Source: Candidatus Kuenenia stuttgartensis
GTDB lineage: Bacteria > Planctomycetota > Brocadiia > Brocadiales > Brocadiaceae
Length of the DNA stretch: 32,000 nucleotides
Reading direction: 5' to 3'
NCBI RefSeq assembly: GCF_900232105.1
Contig: NZ_LT934425.1
Coordinates: 2,250,001-2,282,000, forward strand
Shown here piece after piece: positions 1 to 9,721 of this stretch. Under the pieces are notes generated by a model. The model was given only the letters and a program-made list of their open reading frames with translations. It searched no databases and had not been told where the DNA came from. Each line of letters starts with the position of its first letter. Positions within the stretch are counted from its first letter, which is position 1. The position numbers were made by a program, and so were the translations under genes.

Positions 1-369
1 TTTGACGTCCTTTCTTATGGCGCGGAAGTGGTCAATCCCCCTGACTGGCAGTTTTTTGCAGGACATAGGTTTATCAGAGATATCAGTTCCATGATAATGC
101 TTGCGGCAAATTACCAGATTAATGAAAAATGGAGTATTATGGGGAAGGAAAAATATGATCTGAAAACCTCGCTAGCCGATGATGATGACGGCGAGGGGAG
201 ACGCGAGGAACGGAAAAATTTAAAAACAAGCTTTGTGCTGTCCCGTTATTTTCATGACTGGGTAGGAAGCATTACCCTTGAATTAGACCCCATTAGAAAT
301 GATAATTCTTATCGCTTTGATATTAGCCCCAAGGGTCTTCAGCAAACCACGAGCCGCTTTTGGTTTTAA
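1..369 (+). CDS. C-terminal end of an outer-membrane beta-barrel-like protein, possibly LptD/OstA-like (5' truncated by window)
   Basis: Frame is open from base 1 through the given ORF 28..369. Alternating aromatic/charged beta-strand pattern and terminal 'SRFWF' fit an outer-membrane barrel C-terminus. Confidence 0.45.
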   Translation, partial: FDVLSYGAEVVNPPDWQFFAGHRFIRDISSMIMLAANYQINEKWSIMGKEKYDLKTSLADDDDGEGRREERKNLKTSFVLSRYFHDWVGSITLELDPIRNDNSYRFDISPKGLQQTTSRFWF

Positions 370-386
370 TACACAGGGTGCAATCT

Positions 387-887
387 ATGAGAACAGCAGT
401 TTATCCGGGGATGTTTGATCCTGTTACAAATGGACATCTTGATGTTATCCGGCGGGGAAGTGTTATTTTTAGCGGACTAATTGTCTCTGTTGGATGTAAT
501 CCGTTAAAACAAGCGTTGTTTTCTGTAGAAGAAAGAATGGAGATGATCAGGCACAATGTTAAGGATTTTAAAAACGTTGAAGTAGATTGCTTTGAAGGTA
601 TGCTGGTGGATCATCTGGCAAAAAGAGGAACAAATATTATACTGCGTGGCATACGCACGGCATCTGATTTTGAATATGAACGGAACCGGGCATTAACAAA
701 CAGGGTATTCGATAAAAATGCAGAAACAGTATTTGTAATGGCAAGTGAACAATATTTATTTCTAAACTCCGCCCTGATTAAAGAAACGGCCAGTCTGGGC
801 GGAAACGTAAGCAAATTTGTCCCTCCGGACGTTGAAAGAGGTTTAATGCAAAAATTTAAACGCTTACAAAGAAAGAAGACGACATGA
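387..887 (+). CDS. coaD: Pantetheine-phosphate adenylyltransferase
   Basis: MRTAVYPGMFDPVTNGHLDVIRRG nucleotidyltransferase motif and NRxxDKxxETVFVMA. Start at ATG 387 is preferred over 360. Confidence 0.95.
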   Translation: MRTAVYPGMFDPVTNGHLDVIRRGSVIFSGLIVSVGCNPLKQALFSVEERMEMIRHNVKDFKNVEVDCFEGMLVDHLAKRGTNIILRGIRTASDFEYERNRALTNRVFDKNAETVFVMASEQYLFLNSALIKETASLGGNVSKFVPPDVERGLMQKFKRLQRKKTT

Positions 888-1681
888 AGGTTAACGTCCT
901 TATTTTAGGCGATATTGTGGGTAGTCCGGGACGCACGATAATAAAAAACAAACTGAAATCTTTTATGGAGAAGGAAGAGATACATTTTTGTATTGCAAAC
1001 GGAGAAAATGCGGCAGCGGGGGCCGGCATTACAGATCAAATCACAAAAGAATTATTTTCTTACGGCGTGGATGTCATCACTATGGGCGACCATGTGTGGG
1101 ATAAAAAGGAAAAGGTTCACGTCCTGGAAATACATAAAAATATTATACGGCCGCTTAATTATTCTCCGTATGCCATTGGAAAGGGCTTTGTGGTTGCAAC
1201 GTCAAAGCTGGGATATCCCATTGGAGTGGTTAACCTGCTTGGCAGGGTATTCATGAAGCCCATAGATTGTCCTTTCAGGGGAGTGGAGAAGATTTTGGGG
1301 GTGCTTTCTAATGAAACGTCGATGATTTTTGTTGATATGCATGCGGAAGCGACCTCCGAAAAAATAGCAATGGGTTTGTTCCTGGACGGTAGAGTCAGTG
1401 CAGTTGTCGGTACCCATACACACGTAATGACTGCAGATGAAAAGATATTGCCAAAGGGAACTGCTTATATAACCGATATAGGCATGACGGGCCCTCATGA
1501 ATCCATATTGGGCAGAAAATCCGATTGCGTGCTAAAGGCGATTATGACGCAAATGCCCACGCGGTTCGAAGTGGCAGAGAATGATGTGCGGATGAATGGT
1601 GTAAAGATTGTTGTGGACAGCCAAACAGGAAGGGCCGAAAGCATAATGAGAATCGAAGTGAAAGAAAAAGAAGCAAGTTGA
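884..1681 (+). CDS. TIGR00282/YmdB-family metallophosphoesterase
   Basis: MKVNVLILGDIVGSPGR, ANGENAAAGAGIT, GDHVWDKKE, VVGTHTHVMTADE, DIGMTGPHESILG. ATGA overlap with coaD. Confidence 0.92.
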   Translation: MKVNVLILGDIVGSPGRTIIKNKLKSFMEKEEIHFCIANGENAAAGAGITDQITKELFSYGVDVITMGDHVWDKKEKVHVLEIHKNIIRPLNYSPYAIGKGFVVATSKLGYPIGVVNLLGRVFMKPIDCPFRGVEKILGVLSNETSMIFVDMHAEATSEKIAMGLFLDGRVSAVVGTHTHVMTADEKILPKGTAYITDIGMTGPHESILGRKSDCVLKAIMTQMPTRFEVAENDVRMNGVKIVVDSQTGRAESIMRIEVKEKEAS

Positions 1682-1687
1682 GCAGCA

Positions 1688-2926
1688 ATGAATAATCTGT
1701 TTCCTCTTATATCAGATGCGGTAAGGAGTCAAAAGAGAATACTGACCATTTCCGGGATTACCGGTAAGATACGGAACTCGCTGGAACAGGGGTTTTCCCA
1801 CGTATGGATTACCGGAGAGGTGTCCAATTTAAAAAAACCATCCTCCGGCCACTTGTATTTGACGCTGAAAGATGAACATGCGCAGATTCAGGCGGTCATA
1901 TTTAAATCCGTCGCCAACTGGATAAAATTTGACTTAAAGGACGGAATGGAAGTCCTGGCCTTTGGTTCTATCACTGTTTACGAGCCCCGCGGACAATATC
2001 AAATAATCATTGAAAACATCGAGCCAAAAGGATTTGGTGCACTTCAACAGGCATTTTTGAAACTGAAAGAACGATTGGGGAAGGAGGGTTTATTTGACCC
2101 ATGCTACAAGAAACCCCTTCCGTTGCTTCCCCAAAAGATTGCCATCGTAACATCCCTTACCGGTGCGGCAATAAAGGATATCCTGAATGTCATCAACAGA
2201 AGGTTTGCGAAGATGGAAATCCTCATTTATCCAGTGAGGGTTCAGGGCGAGGGCGCTGCCCGGGAAATTGCCAATGCCATTGATAACCTGAATACTATTG
2301 CCGGGATTGATGTGATTATTGTGGGTAGAGGCGGAGGGAGCCTGGAAGATTTATGGGCGTTTAATGAAGAGGTTGTTGCCAGAAGCATTTTTACCTCAAA
2401 GATACCCGTCATTTCCGCAGTAGGGCATGAAATTGATGTCACTATTTCTGACCTGGTCGCAGACATAAGGGCGTTGACCCCGACAGAGGCTGCTGAACTG
2501 GTAGTTCCCTGCTATGATCAGTTAACAGATGCTTTGGAAAAAATTAAAGCTAGACTTATACAATCACTCTATAATAAAATAAAAACAGATCGAAGTCGTT
2601 TGTTACGAGCGGAACATAGCTTTCCCTTTAAGAGGCCGTTTGACAGGATACATAGATTACAACAGGTACTGGACGAGAATATGCAAAGGTTGGTTATGTT
2701 GTGCGGTCATACCTTGAAAATGGAAAAGGAGCAGTTGAAAGGACTTGCAAACAGACTGGAGAGCGTAAGCCCGCTAAAGGTGCTGCAAAGAGGATATTCA
2801 ATTACCACTGTCCTGCAGAATGATATCCCTGTAAAATCCTGCAAGGAACTGTCGTCCGGTACAAAGGTAAGAACCAGATTATATGATGGCAGTTTTGTTT
2901 CCTCGATAATTGAAATTGAAGGGTAA
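1688..2926 (+). CDS. xseA: Exodeoxyribonuclease VII large subunit
   Basis: ITGEVSNLKKPSSGHLYLTLKDEHAQIQAVIF (OB fold) and VGRGGGSLEDLWAFNEE motifs. Confidence 0.96.
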   Translation: MNNLFPLISDAVRSQKRILTISGITGKIRNSLEQGFSHVWITGEVSNLKKPSSGHLYLTLKDEHAQIQAVIFKSVANWIKFDLKDGMEVLAFGSITVYEPRGQYQIIIENIEPKGFGALQQAFLKLKERLGKEGLFDPCYKKPLPLLPQKIAIVTSLTGAAIKDILNVINRRFAKMEILIYPVRVQGEGAAREIANAIDNLNTIAGIDVIIVGRGGGSLEDLWAFNEEVVARSIFTSKIPVISAVGHEIDVTISDLVADIRALTPTEAAELVVPCYDQLTDALEKIKARLIQSLYNKIKTDRSRLLRAEHSFPFKRPFDRIHRLQQVLDENMQRLVMLCGHTLKMEKEQLKGLANRLESVSPLKVLQRGYSITTVLQNDIPVKSCKELSSGTKVRTRLYDGSFVSSIIEIEG

Positions 2927-3024
2927 GCGGGATTGCCTGAAATATATTGGTAGGAGAGGTAAGAACGTTAAAATAAGCGTATATATAAGCAAAAATTTCT
3001 GATTGATGATGGGCATTGTAGTAT

Positions 3025-3276
3025 ATGGCAAAAGTAAAATTTGAGGAGGCGTTAAAGGGACTTGAAAAAATTGTTGATAAACTGGAGAAGGGAGATATGC
3101 CCCTCGATGAAACGTTATCTGAATATGAAAATGGCATAAAATTGTACAAAAAGTGTGTTTCTATGCTGGACGAGGCAGAAAAAAAAATCCAGATATTGGT
3201 AAAGGATGAAAATGGCTCTTTCAGCACCAGAGATTTTATTGATAACAGTACGAATGACACGAATAACGCACCGTAA
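3025..3276 (+). CDS. xseB: Exodeoxyribonuclease VII small subunit
   Basis: KFEEALKGLEKIVDKLEKGDMPLDETLSEYENGIKLYKKC; located just downstream of xseA. Confidence 0.93.
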   Translation: MAKVKFEEALKGLEKIVDKLEKGDMPLDETLSEYENGIKLYKKCVSMLDEAEKKIQILVKDENGSFSTRDFIDNSTNDTNNAP

Positions 3277-3329
3277 AAAAATAATATGTGTAGAGAGATT
3301 TTTAACAATAAACAATACCAAAGAGACAA

Positions 3330-5264
3330 ATGAATAATATCTTAGACTCCGTTGAATTTCCGGAAGACCTGAAAAAGTTAAACCCGGAAGATTTGCCCAA
3401 ACTGGCAAGTGAAATCCGTTCCTTTATTGTGGACGTCATATCAAAAAATCCCGGACATCTTTCCTCAAACCTCGGAGTGGTGGAATTGACGATGGCGCTC
3501 CATTATTGTTTCGATTTCAGGAAAGACAGAATTGTCTGGGACGTTGGCCATCAGGCGTATGTCCACAAGATACTTACCGGCAGGAAAACACATTTCTCCA
3601 TACTGCGCCAATATAAAGGACTCAGCGGCTTTCCGGATAAAAATGAAAGCGTATATGATCCTTTCACATGCGGCCATAGCGGTGATGCGATATCTTCCGC
3701 CCTGGGATTGTCATGTGCAGATGAGATTATCGGATACAAACGATCCATTGTGGTGGTGGTGGGAGATGGCGGCATAGGGGCTGGTATGTCTCTGGAAGCA
3801 TTAAACCATGCAGGCGATATTAAGAAAAATCTACTTGTTGTCTTAAATGATAATGAGATGTCTATTTCCAACACCGTAGGGGCAGTTTCGAAATATTTGA
3901 ACAAAATACGAACAATGCCGATTTATGCGGATATAAGAAAAGAGTTACGCGGTTTGATAAAAATATTGCCGGTGCTTGGGAAGCCTATGGAGAAAACACT
4001 GGAACATCTTGTTGAATTGGTAAAAATCGGTGCTACTCCGGGGCGTATTTTTGAAGACCTCGGATTCAATTATTTCGGGCCGATTGACGGGCACGATTTT
4101 AAGGTATTAACAGAAACAATAAATGATATTAAGCATTTAAACGGCCCTGTGTTGCTGCATGTGATAACAGAAAAGGGGCGTGGTTTTGAACCTGCATACC
4201 AAAACCCCACGCAATTCCACAGCTCCGGGAAATTTAAGCTTTCTGAAGGCAAAATAGAGAAAGAGGTACAGGATGCAGGGAAAATTTCTTACACAAAAGT
4301 TTTTAGCGATGCGCTGGTGGAATTCTCAAAAACGAATCCTTCTATCGTAGGCATTACTGCGGCTATGCCGGACGGCACGGGTATGATTTCCTTTGGGGAA
4401 AAATTCCCGGACAGATATTTTGACGTGGGTATTTGTGAACAACATGCCGTTGGACTTGCAAACGGTCTTTCAACCGAAAAATTGAAGCCTGTGGTGGCAA
4501 TATATTCCACATTTTTGCAGAGGGCATATGACCAGGTCTTCCATGATATTTGTTTACAAAAAAATCCAGTAGTTTTTGTCATGGACAGATCCGGGGTGGT
4601 TGGCAATGATGGCCCTACCCATAACGGCGTGTTTGATATAGCGTATCTCCGCAATTTGCCCGGCATTGTATTGATGTCCCCTAAAGACGGAAGCGAACTA
4701 AGGGCAATGCTAAAGATTGCCATCGATTCTGATGAGATAATTGCAATTCGCTATCCAAAAGAAAATATACCCGATGAAAAAATCGATTTGGAATGCAAGC
4801 CGTTTGGGATTGGAGAGGCTGAGATTCTAAGAGAAGGCAAAGACGGCGTGCTTCTGGCGTATGGTTGTATGGTACAAAGATGCCTGCAGGCGGCGGAACA
4901 ATTGTCGGGAAAAGGCGTCGAAGCCACGGTAGTAAATGCCAGATATGCAAAACCCCTTGATAAAAAACTTATTTTGTCATTAGTAAGAAAACACAAACTG
5001 ATTCTTACTGTTGAAGACCATGCGCTTGCGGGAGGTTTCGGCTCCGCCGTGCTTGAGATGGTTTCTGATGAAAAAGAGGATGCGGGCAAAATTGTAAGGA
5101 TGGGTATTCCTGACAGATTTATGGAACATGGGCCAAGAGAGGTTATATTGAAAAATCTTGGTTTGGATGCTGACGGTATTGCAGATACATTTATTGCATC
5201 TCTCGATCTAACGGAAATAAAAGGCTCATTCGCAAATACAGGTAAGCGGCATTTAGCCGTTTAG
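3330..5264 (+). CDS. dxs: 1-deoxy-D-xylulose-5-phosphate synthase
   Basis: GHLSSNLGVVELTMALHY, GDGGIGAGMSLEALN, YFGPIDGHD, FDVGICEQHAVGLANGL. Confidence 0.97.
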   Translation: MNNILDSVEFPEDLKKLNPEDLPKLASEIRSFIVDVISKNPGHLSSNLGVVELTMALHYCFDFRKDRIVWDVGHQAYVHKILTGRKTHFSILRQYKGLSGFPDKNESVYDPFTCGHSGDAISSALGLSCADEIIGYKRSIVVVVGDGGIGAGMSLEALNHAGDIKKNLLVVLNDNEMSISNTVGAVSKYLNKIRTMPIYADIRKELRGLIKILPVLGKPMEKTLEHLVELVKIGATPGRIFEDLGFNYFGPIDGHDFKVLTETINDIKHLNGPVLLHVITEKGRGFEPAYQNPTQFHSSGKFKLSEGKIEKEVQDAGKISYTKVFSDALVEFSKTNPSIVGITAAMPDGTGMISFGEKFPDRYFDVGICEQHAVGLANGLSTEKLKPVVAIYSTFLQRAYDQVFHDICLQKNPVVFVMDRSGVVGNDGPTHNGVFDIAYLRNLPGIVLMSPKDGSELRAMLKIAIDSDEIIAIRYPKENIPDEKIDLECKPFGIGEAEILREGKDGVLLAYGCMVQRCLQAAEQLSGKGVEATVVNARYAKPLDKKLILSLVRKHKLILTVEDHALAGGFGSAVLEMVSDEKEDAGKIVRMGIPDRFMEHGPREVILKNLGLDADGIADTFIASLDLTEIKGSFANTGKRHLAV

Positions 5265-5367
5265 TAGCTTCGGCAGTCTACAAGCTACAGTCGGTAGATT
5301 GCAGATTGAGGACTGAGGACTGTTTTCGTGCTTGTTTGGTTCTGGCTGTGCCAGCTTAGGGTGAATA

Positions 5368-6207
5368 ATGAAAAAAATCCTCGTGCTAGGAAATTTTACA
5401 AAGAAAAAAATACATGATATGGTGTCGGGCTTAAAGCCATGGCTTAATAAATATGTCGAAACAGCGATTGTCGATTTGTCTCAGGACGAAATCCCTGAAG
5501 GCATATATGAAATGGCCGTGGTGTTTGGCGGCGACGGCGCTATTTTGTCCACCTGCAGAAAACTGTCCGGGAATCAGATACCCATTATTGGCGTACACAT
5601 GGGGCGGTTCGGTTTCCTGGCAGAAATCACGGAACGGGAAGTTTGCAAGTCTATGGAAAAAATCTTTTCCGGAAAGTATTCGATACGCAAAAGAATGCTT
5701 CTTCATTGCCGCATTCAACGGAGGGACAAGGTTATTTGTGAGTCAATAGGCGTAAATGACGTCGTCATCTCCCGGTCTTCTTTATCGAGATTAATTTCCA
5801 TACGATTGCTTATCGATGGCGAAGACGTTGCAACATACAGGGCTGATGGACTGATTATATCAACGCCTTTAGGATCAACGGCACACTCCTTATCTGCCGG
5901 GGGACCTTTAGTAACACCGGATTTGAACGCGTTTATTATAGTGCCCGTTTGTCCCCATACGCTCACAAACAGACCATTGGTGGTTTCCGGCAATACGAAG
6001 ATTGAAATCGAACCGCTGTCGCAATCTCCAAGCATCGGCATGACCGTTGACGGGCAAATATATACCGAATTGGAAGGTGGAGATAAGGTGATGGTCGAAC
6101 GGTCAGATATTGAAATACAAATGGTTGATACCGGAGAAAGGACTTTTTACGGTGTTTTGCGTGAAAAATTAAACTGGGGAGGACCTCCGAATTATGGCCG
6201 TAATTAA
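5368..6207 (+). CDS. nadK: NAD(+) kinase
   Basis: VVFGGDGAILSTCRKL, GVHMGRFGFLAEI, ADGLIISTPLGSTAHSLSAGGPLV. Confidence 0.93.
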   Translation: MKKILVLGNFTKKKIHDMVSGLKPWLNKYVETAIVDLSQDEIPEGIYEMAVVFGGDGAILSTCRKLSGNQIPIIGVHMGRFGFLAEITEREVCKSMEKIFSGKYSIRKRMLLHCRIQRRDKVICESIGVNDVVISRSSLSRLISIRLLIDGEDVATYRADGLIISTPLGSTAHSLSAGGPLVTPDLNAFIIVPVCPHTLTNRPLVVSGNTKIEIEPLSQSPSIGMTVDGQIYTELEGGDKVMVERSDIEIQMVDTGERTFYGVLREKLNWGGPPNYGRN

Positions 6208-6397
6208 GATAAAGGAAAATTATTGCAAGGGATGCCTTTTATGCGTTCCCGTATGCCATCATAATTCTCTGGTTATTTCGGAAACACTGAATGATCAGGG
6301 ACTGTACCCCGTAAGATTTAAAGAAGGGGGAAAATGCGACGGTTGTAAAAAATGTGCCATAATGTGTCCTGATGTTGCAATAGAAATTTATAACTGA
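6194..6397 (+). CDS. 4Fe-4S ferredoxin-type delta subunit of 2-oxoacid:ferredoxin oxidoreductase
   Basis: Two Cys clusters, CKGCLLCVPVC and CDGCKKCAIMCP. Precedes the alpha subunit; overlaps nadK by 14 nt. Confidence 0.88.
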   Translation: MAVIKIKENYCKGCLLCVPVCHHNSLVISETLNDQGLYPVRFKEGGKCDGCKKCAIMCPDVAIEIYN

Positions 6398-6436
6398 TGC
6401 TGTTTAATTCATGCAACTTTTTAGATACTGCGTATT

Positions 6437-7528
6437 ATGAAACAATTACTAACGGGCAATGAAGCTGCCGCAGAGTCGGCAGTTTATGCAGGCTGCCGAT
6501 ACTATTATGGGTATCCCATTACGCCTCAAAATGAGCTGATTAATTATATGTCCGTGAGAATGCCTCAGGTAAAAGGCACATTCATTCAGGCGGAGAGTGA
6601 AATTGCCGCCATAAGTATGGTGCATGGCAGTGCAGCCGCCGGAGGCCGCGCTATGACTTCTTCGTCCAGCCCCGGAATAAGCCTGAAGCAGGAAGGCATA
6701 TCCTACCTTGCGGGAAGCGAGCTCCCCTGTGTTATCGTCAATATTCAGCGCGGAGGGCCTGGTTTAGGCGATATCTCCGCTTCGCAGGCGGACTATTTTC
6801 AGTCGGTCAAAGGCGGCGGACATGGCGATTATCGGTTAATAGTGCTTGCGCCTAGTTCTGTCCAGGAAATGGCAGACCTTGTTTATGATGCATTTGATTT
6901 GGCGGATAGGTATTGCAACCCTGTTTTGATCCTGGGAGACGCACAGATAGGGCAACTGATGGAGCCGGTCGAATTTAAAAAGGAATTCAGGGAAAATCTG
7001 CCGTTAAAAGATTGGGCGCTGACCGGCGCTGATAACCGCAGCAGGAGAATAATAAAATCATTTTATTCCGTCAAAGGGGAATTAGAGGTATTTAACGCCA
7101 AGTTGCAGAACAAGTATAAGGAAATCGAGAAAAATGAGGTACGGTATGAAGCCGTGAATATTGACGAGGCGGACGTTGTATTAGTGGCTTACGGCACCTC
7201 TGCGCGTATTTGTAAGGAAGCCATGAGAAAAAGTGCCCAGTTTGAATTCCGGGTCGGACTAATACGCCCGATAACATTGTGGCCCTTTCCGGGTGAATAT
7301 ATAAGAAAAATATCTGAACGGGTAAAATGCCTGTTAGCCGTTGAAATGAGCGCCGGCCAGATGGTGGAAGACGTTAGGCTTGCGGTTGAAGGAAGATGTC
7401 CTGTCCACTTTTATGGCAGAACAGGCGGCGGCGTACCTACTTCTCTGGAAATAATAAATAAAATAGTGGAAATATTGCCGAAAAACATGGCGGCAAAGAC
7501 ACCTTTACCATTTGCCGGGGTGAAATAA
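6437..7528 (+). CDS. 2-oxoacid (2-oxoglutarate-type) ferredoxin oxidoreductase, alpha subunit
   Basis: GNEAAAESAVYAGCRYYYGYPITPQNELI and TSSSSPGISLKQEGISYLAGSELPCVIVNIQRGGPGLG. Confidence 0.92.
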   Translation: MKQLLTGNEAAAESAVYAGCRYYYGYPITPQNELINYMSVRMPQVKGTFIQAESEIAAISMVHGSAAAGGRAMTSSSSPGISLKQEGISYLAGSELPCVIVNIQRGGPGLGDISASQADYFQSVKGGGHGDYRLIVLAPSSVQEMADLVYDAFDLADRYCNPVLILGDAQIGQLMEPVEFKKEFRENLPLKDWALTGADNRSRRIIKSFYSVKGELEVFNAKLQNKYKEIEKNEVRYEAVNIDEADVVLVAYGTSARICKEAMRKSAQFEFRVGLIRPITLWPFPGEYIRKISERVKCLLAVEMSAGQMVEDVRLAVEGRCPVHFYGRTGGGVPTSLEIINKIVEILPKNMAAKTPLPFAGVK

Positions 7529-7529
7529 T

Positions 7530-8267
7530 ATGCAGGCTATTTACGAAAAACCGGAAACTTTCATAGACACACCAACACATTTCTGTCCCGGCTGTGGACA
7601 CGGAATTGTGCTAAGACTTATTGCCGAAATTATTTATGCGTGGGGCATTCGTGGCAAAACCATCGGACTTGCCCCCGTTGGGTGCGCCGTTCTTGCGTAT
7701 AATTATCTTGATATTGACATGTGCGAAGCCGCACACGGCAGACCGCCTGCAGTCGCCACCGGTATCAAGAGGGTACACCCGGATCATTTTGTATTTGCCT
7801 ATCAGGGAGATGGTGATTTAGCGGCAATTGGTATGGCTGAAATTATTCATGCGGCAAACAGGGGAGAGCATATTACGTTTATTTTCGTCAACAATGCAAT
7901 CTACGGCATGACAAACGGCCAGATGGCGCCGACAACCTTGATAGGGCAGAAAAGCGCCACGACGCCTAAAGGCAGAAATCCTTCGAACGATGGATATCCT
8001 ATTCGTATCTGTGAATTATTGTCTGTCCTTGAGGGCAGCAGCTATATTGAAAGAGTAAGCCTTTCGTCTCCTGAAAACATCCGGAAAACGAAAAAAGCAA
8101 TTGAAAAAGGATTTAAAACACAAAAGGAAAAGAGAGGTTTTTCTTTGATAGAGATATTGTCCCCCTGCCCGATATACTGGAGAATGGGCGCAAACGAATC
8201 TATGAAGCATATTGATGAAACAATGACCGGTACCTTTCCCCTCGGTATTGTAAAGGATTGGGAGTAA
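7530..8267 (+). CDS. 2-oxoacid:ferredoxin oxidoreductase, beta subunit (ThDP-binding)
   Basis: FCPGCGHGIVLRLI, HGRPPAVATGIKRV, GDGDLAAIGMAEIIHAANRGEHITFIFVNNAIYGMTNGQMAPTT. Confidence 0.93.
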   Translation: MQAIYEKPETFIDTPTHFCPGCGHGIVLRLIAEIIYAWGIRGKTIGLAPVGCAVLAYNYLDIDMCEAAHGRPPAVATGIKRVHPDHFVFAYQGDGDLAAIGMAEIIHAANRGEHITFIFVNNAIYGMTNGQMAPTTLIGQKSATTPKGRNPSNDGYPIRICELLSVLEGSSYIERVSLSSPENIRKTKKAIEKGFKTQKEKRGFSLIEILSPCPIYWRMGANESMKHIDETMTGTFPLGIVKDWE

Positions 8268-8276
8268 AGAAGCAGA

Positions 8277-8822
8277 ATGACGGAAAAGATTATCTTGGCG
8301 GGTTTTGGCGGACAAGGCATGATGCTGCTGGGGAAATTGCTTGCACAGACTGCAATAGCGGACTCCCTTTACGTAACATATTTTCCTTCCTATGGCACCG
8401 AGGTAAGAGGCGGCACCGCGGTGTATCACCTCGTTATTTCCAGCGAAGAAATATTTTCCCCGCTCATAGAAGAAGCTGACACACTGATCGTCATGAACCA
8501 GCCTTCTTATCAAAAATATAAAGACTTGATAACGCACGGCGGTTTGTTGCTTTTAAACTCTTCTATGGTTAAATTTGATTCATTTCCCGATGTGAAAATA
8601 TATCCCATACCGGCAACGGAAATTGCCAGTAAACTGGGAAATGTGTTAGTTGCCAACATTGTTATGCTGGGCGCTTATTTGGAGGTAAAAAAATTATTTA
8701 CTGCCGAGAGCATTCTAGGCCAGCTAAATATCTCATTGTGTGGAAGAAAAAAGGATTTACTGGCTATCAACCAGCAAGCTTTGGAAAAAGGCATGCAAGC
8801 AATACATTCCCTCAACGTATAG
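8277..8822 (+). CDS. 2-oxoacid:ferredoxin oxidoreductase, gamma subunit
   Basis: IILAGFGGQGMMLLGKLLAQTAI and YFPSYGTEVRGGTAVYHLVISSEEI. Confidence 0.93.
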   Translation: MTEKIILAGFGGQGMMLLGKLLAQTAIADSLYVTYFPSYGTEVRGGTAVYHLVISSEEIFSPLIEEADTLIVMNQPSYQKYKDLITHGGLLLLNSSMVKFDSFPDVKIYPIPATEIASKLGNVLVANIVMLGAYLEVKKLFTAESILGQLNISLCGRKKDLLAINQQALEKGMQAIHSLNV

Positions 8823-8900
8823 AATTTTACCTTTCCCGTGATATCCCCCCCGCTTTAATATTTTTTGTGCCATAAGCTCATGGATATTTCATCTTTACCC

Positions 8901-8929
8901 TTGACAGACAAGTCTGTCTGGTATATGTT
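8901..8929 (+). promoter_or_regulatory. Putative sigma70-like promoter of the TetR gene
   Basis: TTGACA (8901-8906), 17-bp spacer, TATGTT (8924-8929). Confidence 0.65.
8903..8918. promoter_or_regulatory. Putative TetR operator, site 1
   Basis: GACAGAC-AA-GTCTGTC, perfect 7-bp arms, spanning the -35 box and spacer. Confidence 0.65.
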
Positions 8930-8934
8930 GAATT

Positions 8935-9525
8935 ATGGATAATAAAGCTGAGAATTCTCCAAGAGACAGAATAATAGAAACCGCATTGCGGTTATTTTAT
9001 GAGCAGGGGTATATTGCCACTGGCATTAACCAGATAATTGCTGAGTCGCAGGTTGCAAAGGCAACGTTTTACCACCATTTTTCCTCAAAAGAAAATCTTT
9101 GCGTCTCGTATTTGCAGGTGCGTCATGTTGTCTGGATGGGTTGGTTAAGAAGCAGCGTTGAAAAACATACATCTATTGAAGACCGTATCAAAGGGGTATT
9201 TGGATTTTTAAGTGAGTGGATGACAAAATGCAATTTCAGGGGGTGTGCGTTTTTAAATATTGCATCCGAGGTACCTTCTCTTAACAGCAAGATCAGGACA
9301 GAGGTAGTAAAACATAAGGACGACTTAAGGTTATATTTAAAACAAATGTTATCTCGATTAAAGGCTTCTGATAAGCGTTATAATAATATTAATATTAAGA
9401 AGGATGTGGATATGGTTTATGTTTTGATAGAAGGAGCAATTGTTGCCAGTCAAAACTATGGACAGGCATGGCCTGTCAAGGCAGCCAGAGACGCCGCATG
9501 CATATTATTAAATATAGATATCTAA
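8935..9525 (+). CDS. TetR/AcrR-family transcriptional regulator
   Basis: RDRIIETALRLFYEQGYIATGINQIIAESQVAKATFYHHFSSKENLC is a typical TetR_N helix-turn-helix. Confidence 0.93.
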   Translation: MDNKAENSPRDRIIETALRLFYEQGYIATGINQIIAESQVAKATFYHHFSSKENLCVSYLQVRHVVWMGWLRSSVEKHTSIEDRIKGVFGFLSEWMTKCNFRGCAFLNIASEVPSLNSKIRTEVVKHKDDLRLYLKQMLSRLKASDKRYNNINIKKDVDMVYVLIEGAIVASQNYGQAWPVKAARDAACILLNIDI

Positions 9526-9544
9526 AAAATTTTTGATATTCAAA

Positions 9545-9560
9545 GACAGACTTGTCTGCC
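9545..9560. promoter_or_regulatory. Putative TetR operator, site 2
   Basis: GACAGAC-TT-GTCTGCC, near-perfect match to site 1, between the TetR and DinB-like genes. Confidence 0.55.
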
Positions 9561-9607
9561 TTTAGTAATTCAATGTTTAGGAGGTTTAATCTTTTGCGAC
9601 ACTATAG

Positions 9608-9641
9608 TTTTTTGAAAAGGACTAAAATGTTACAAAGCTTT
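9608..9641 (+). repeat. Copy A of the dispersed TTTTTCAAAARACTAAARYGTTAC repeat (diverged)
   Basis: TTTTTTGAAAAGGACTAAAATGTTACAAAGCTTT. Confidence 0.6.
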
Positions 9642-9721
9642 TTATTATACCGTTAGGGGTTTCTATTTTGAAACTCACCCAATTTATACAATTATATTGA
9701 ATTAATGAAAGGAGATTGCAG

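Noticed and set aside
3551-5089. Several 60-144 aa minus-strand ORFs across dxs
   Set aside because: They lie wholly antisense to an unambiguous dxs gene and have no family resemblance.
8258-8479. 73-aa plus-strand ORF overlapping the gamma subunit start
   Set aside because: Out-of-frame overlap with a clearly identified gene and no domain.
9577-9655. Strong AGGAGGT followed by a short TTG-initiated ORF (LRHYSFLKRTKMLQSFLLYR*)
   Set aside because: The ORF is 20 codons and mostly made of repeat copy A. More likely a relic RBS disrupted by the repeat than a real gene.
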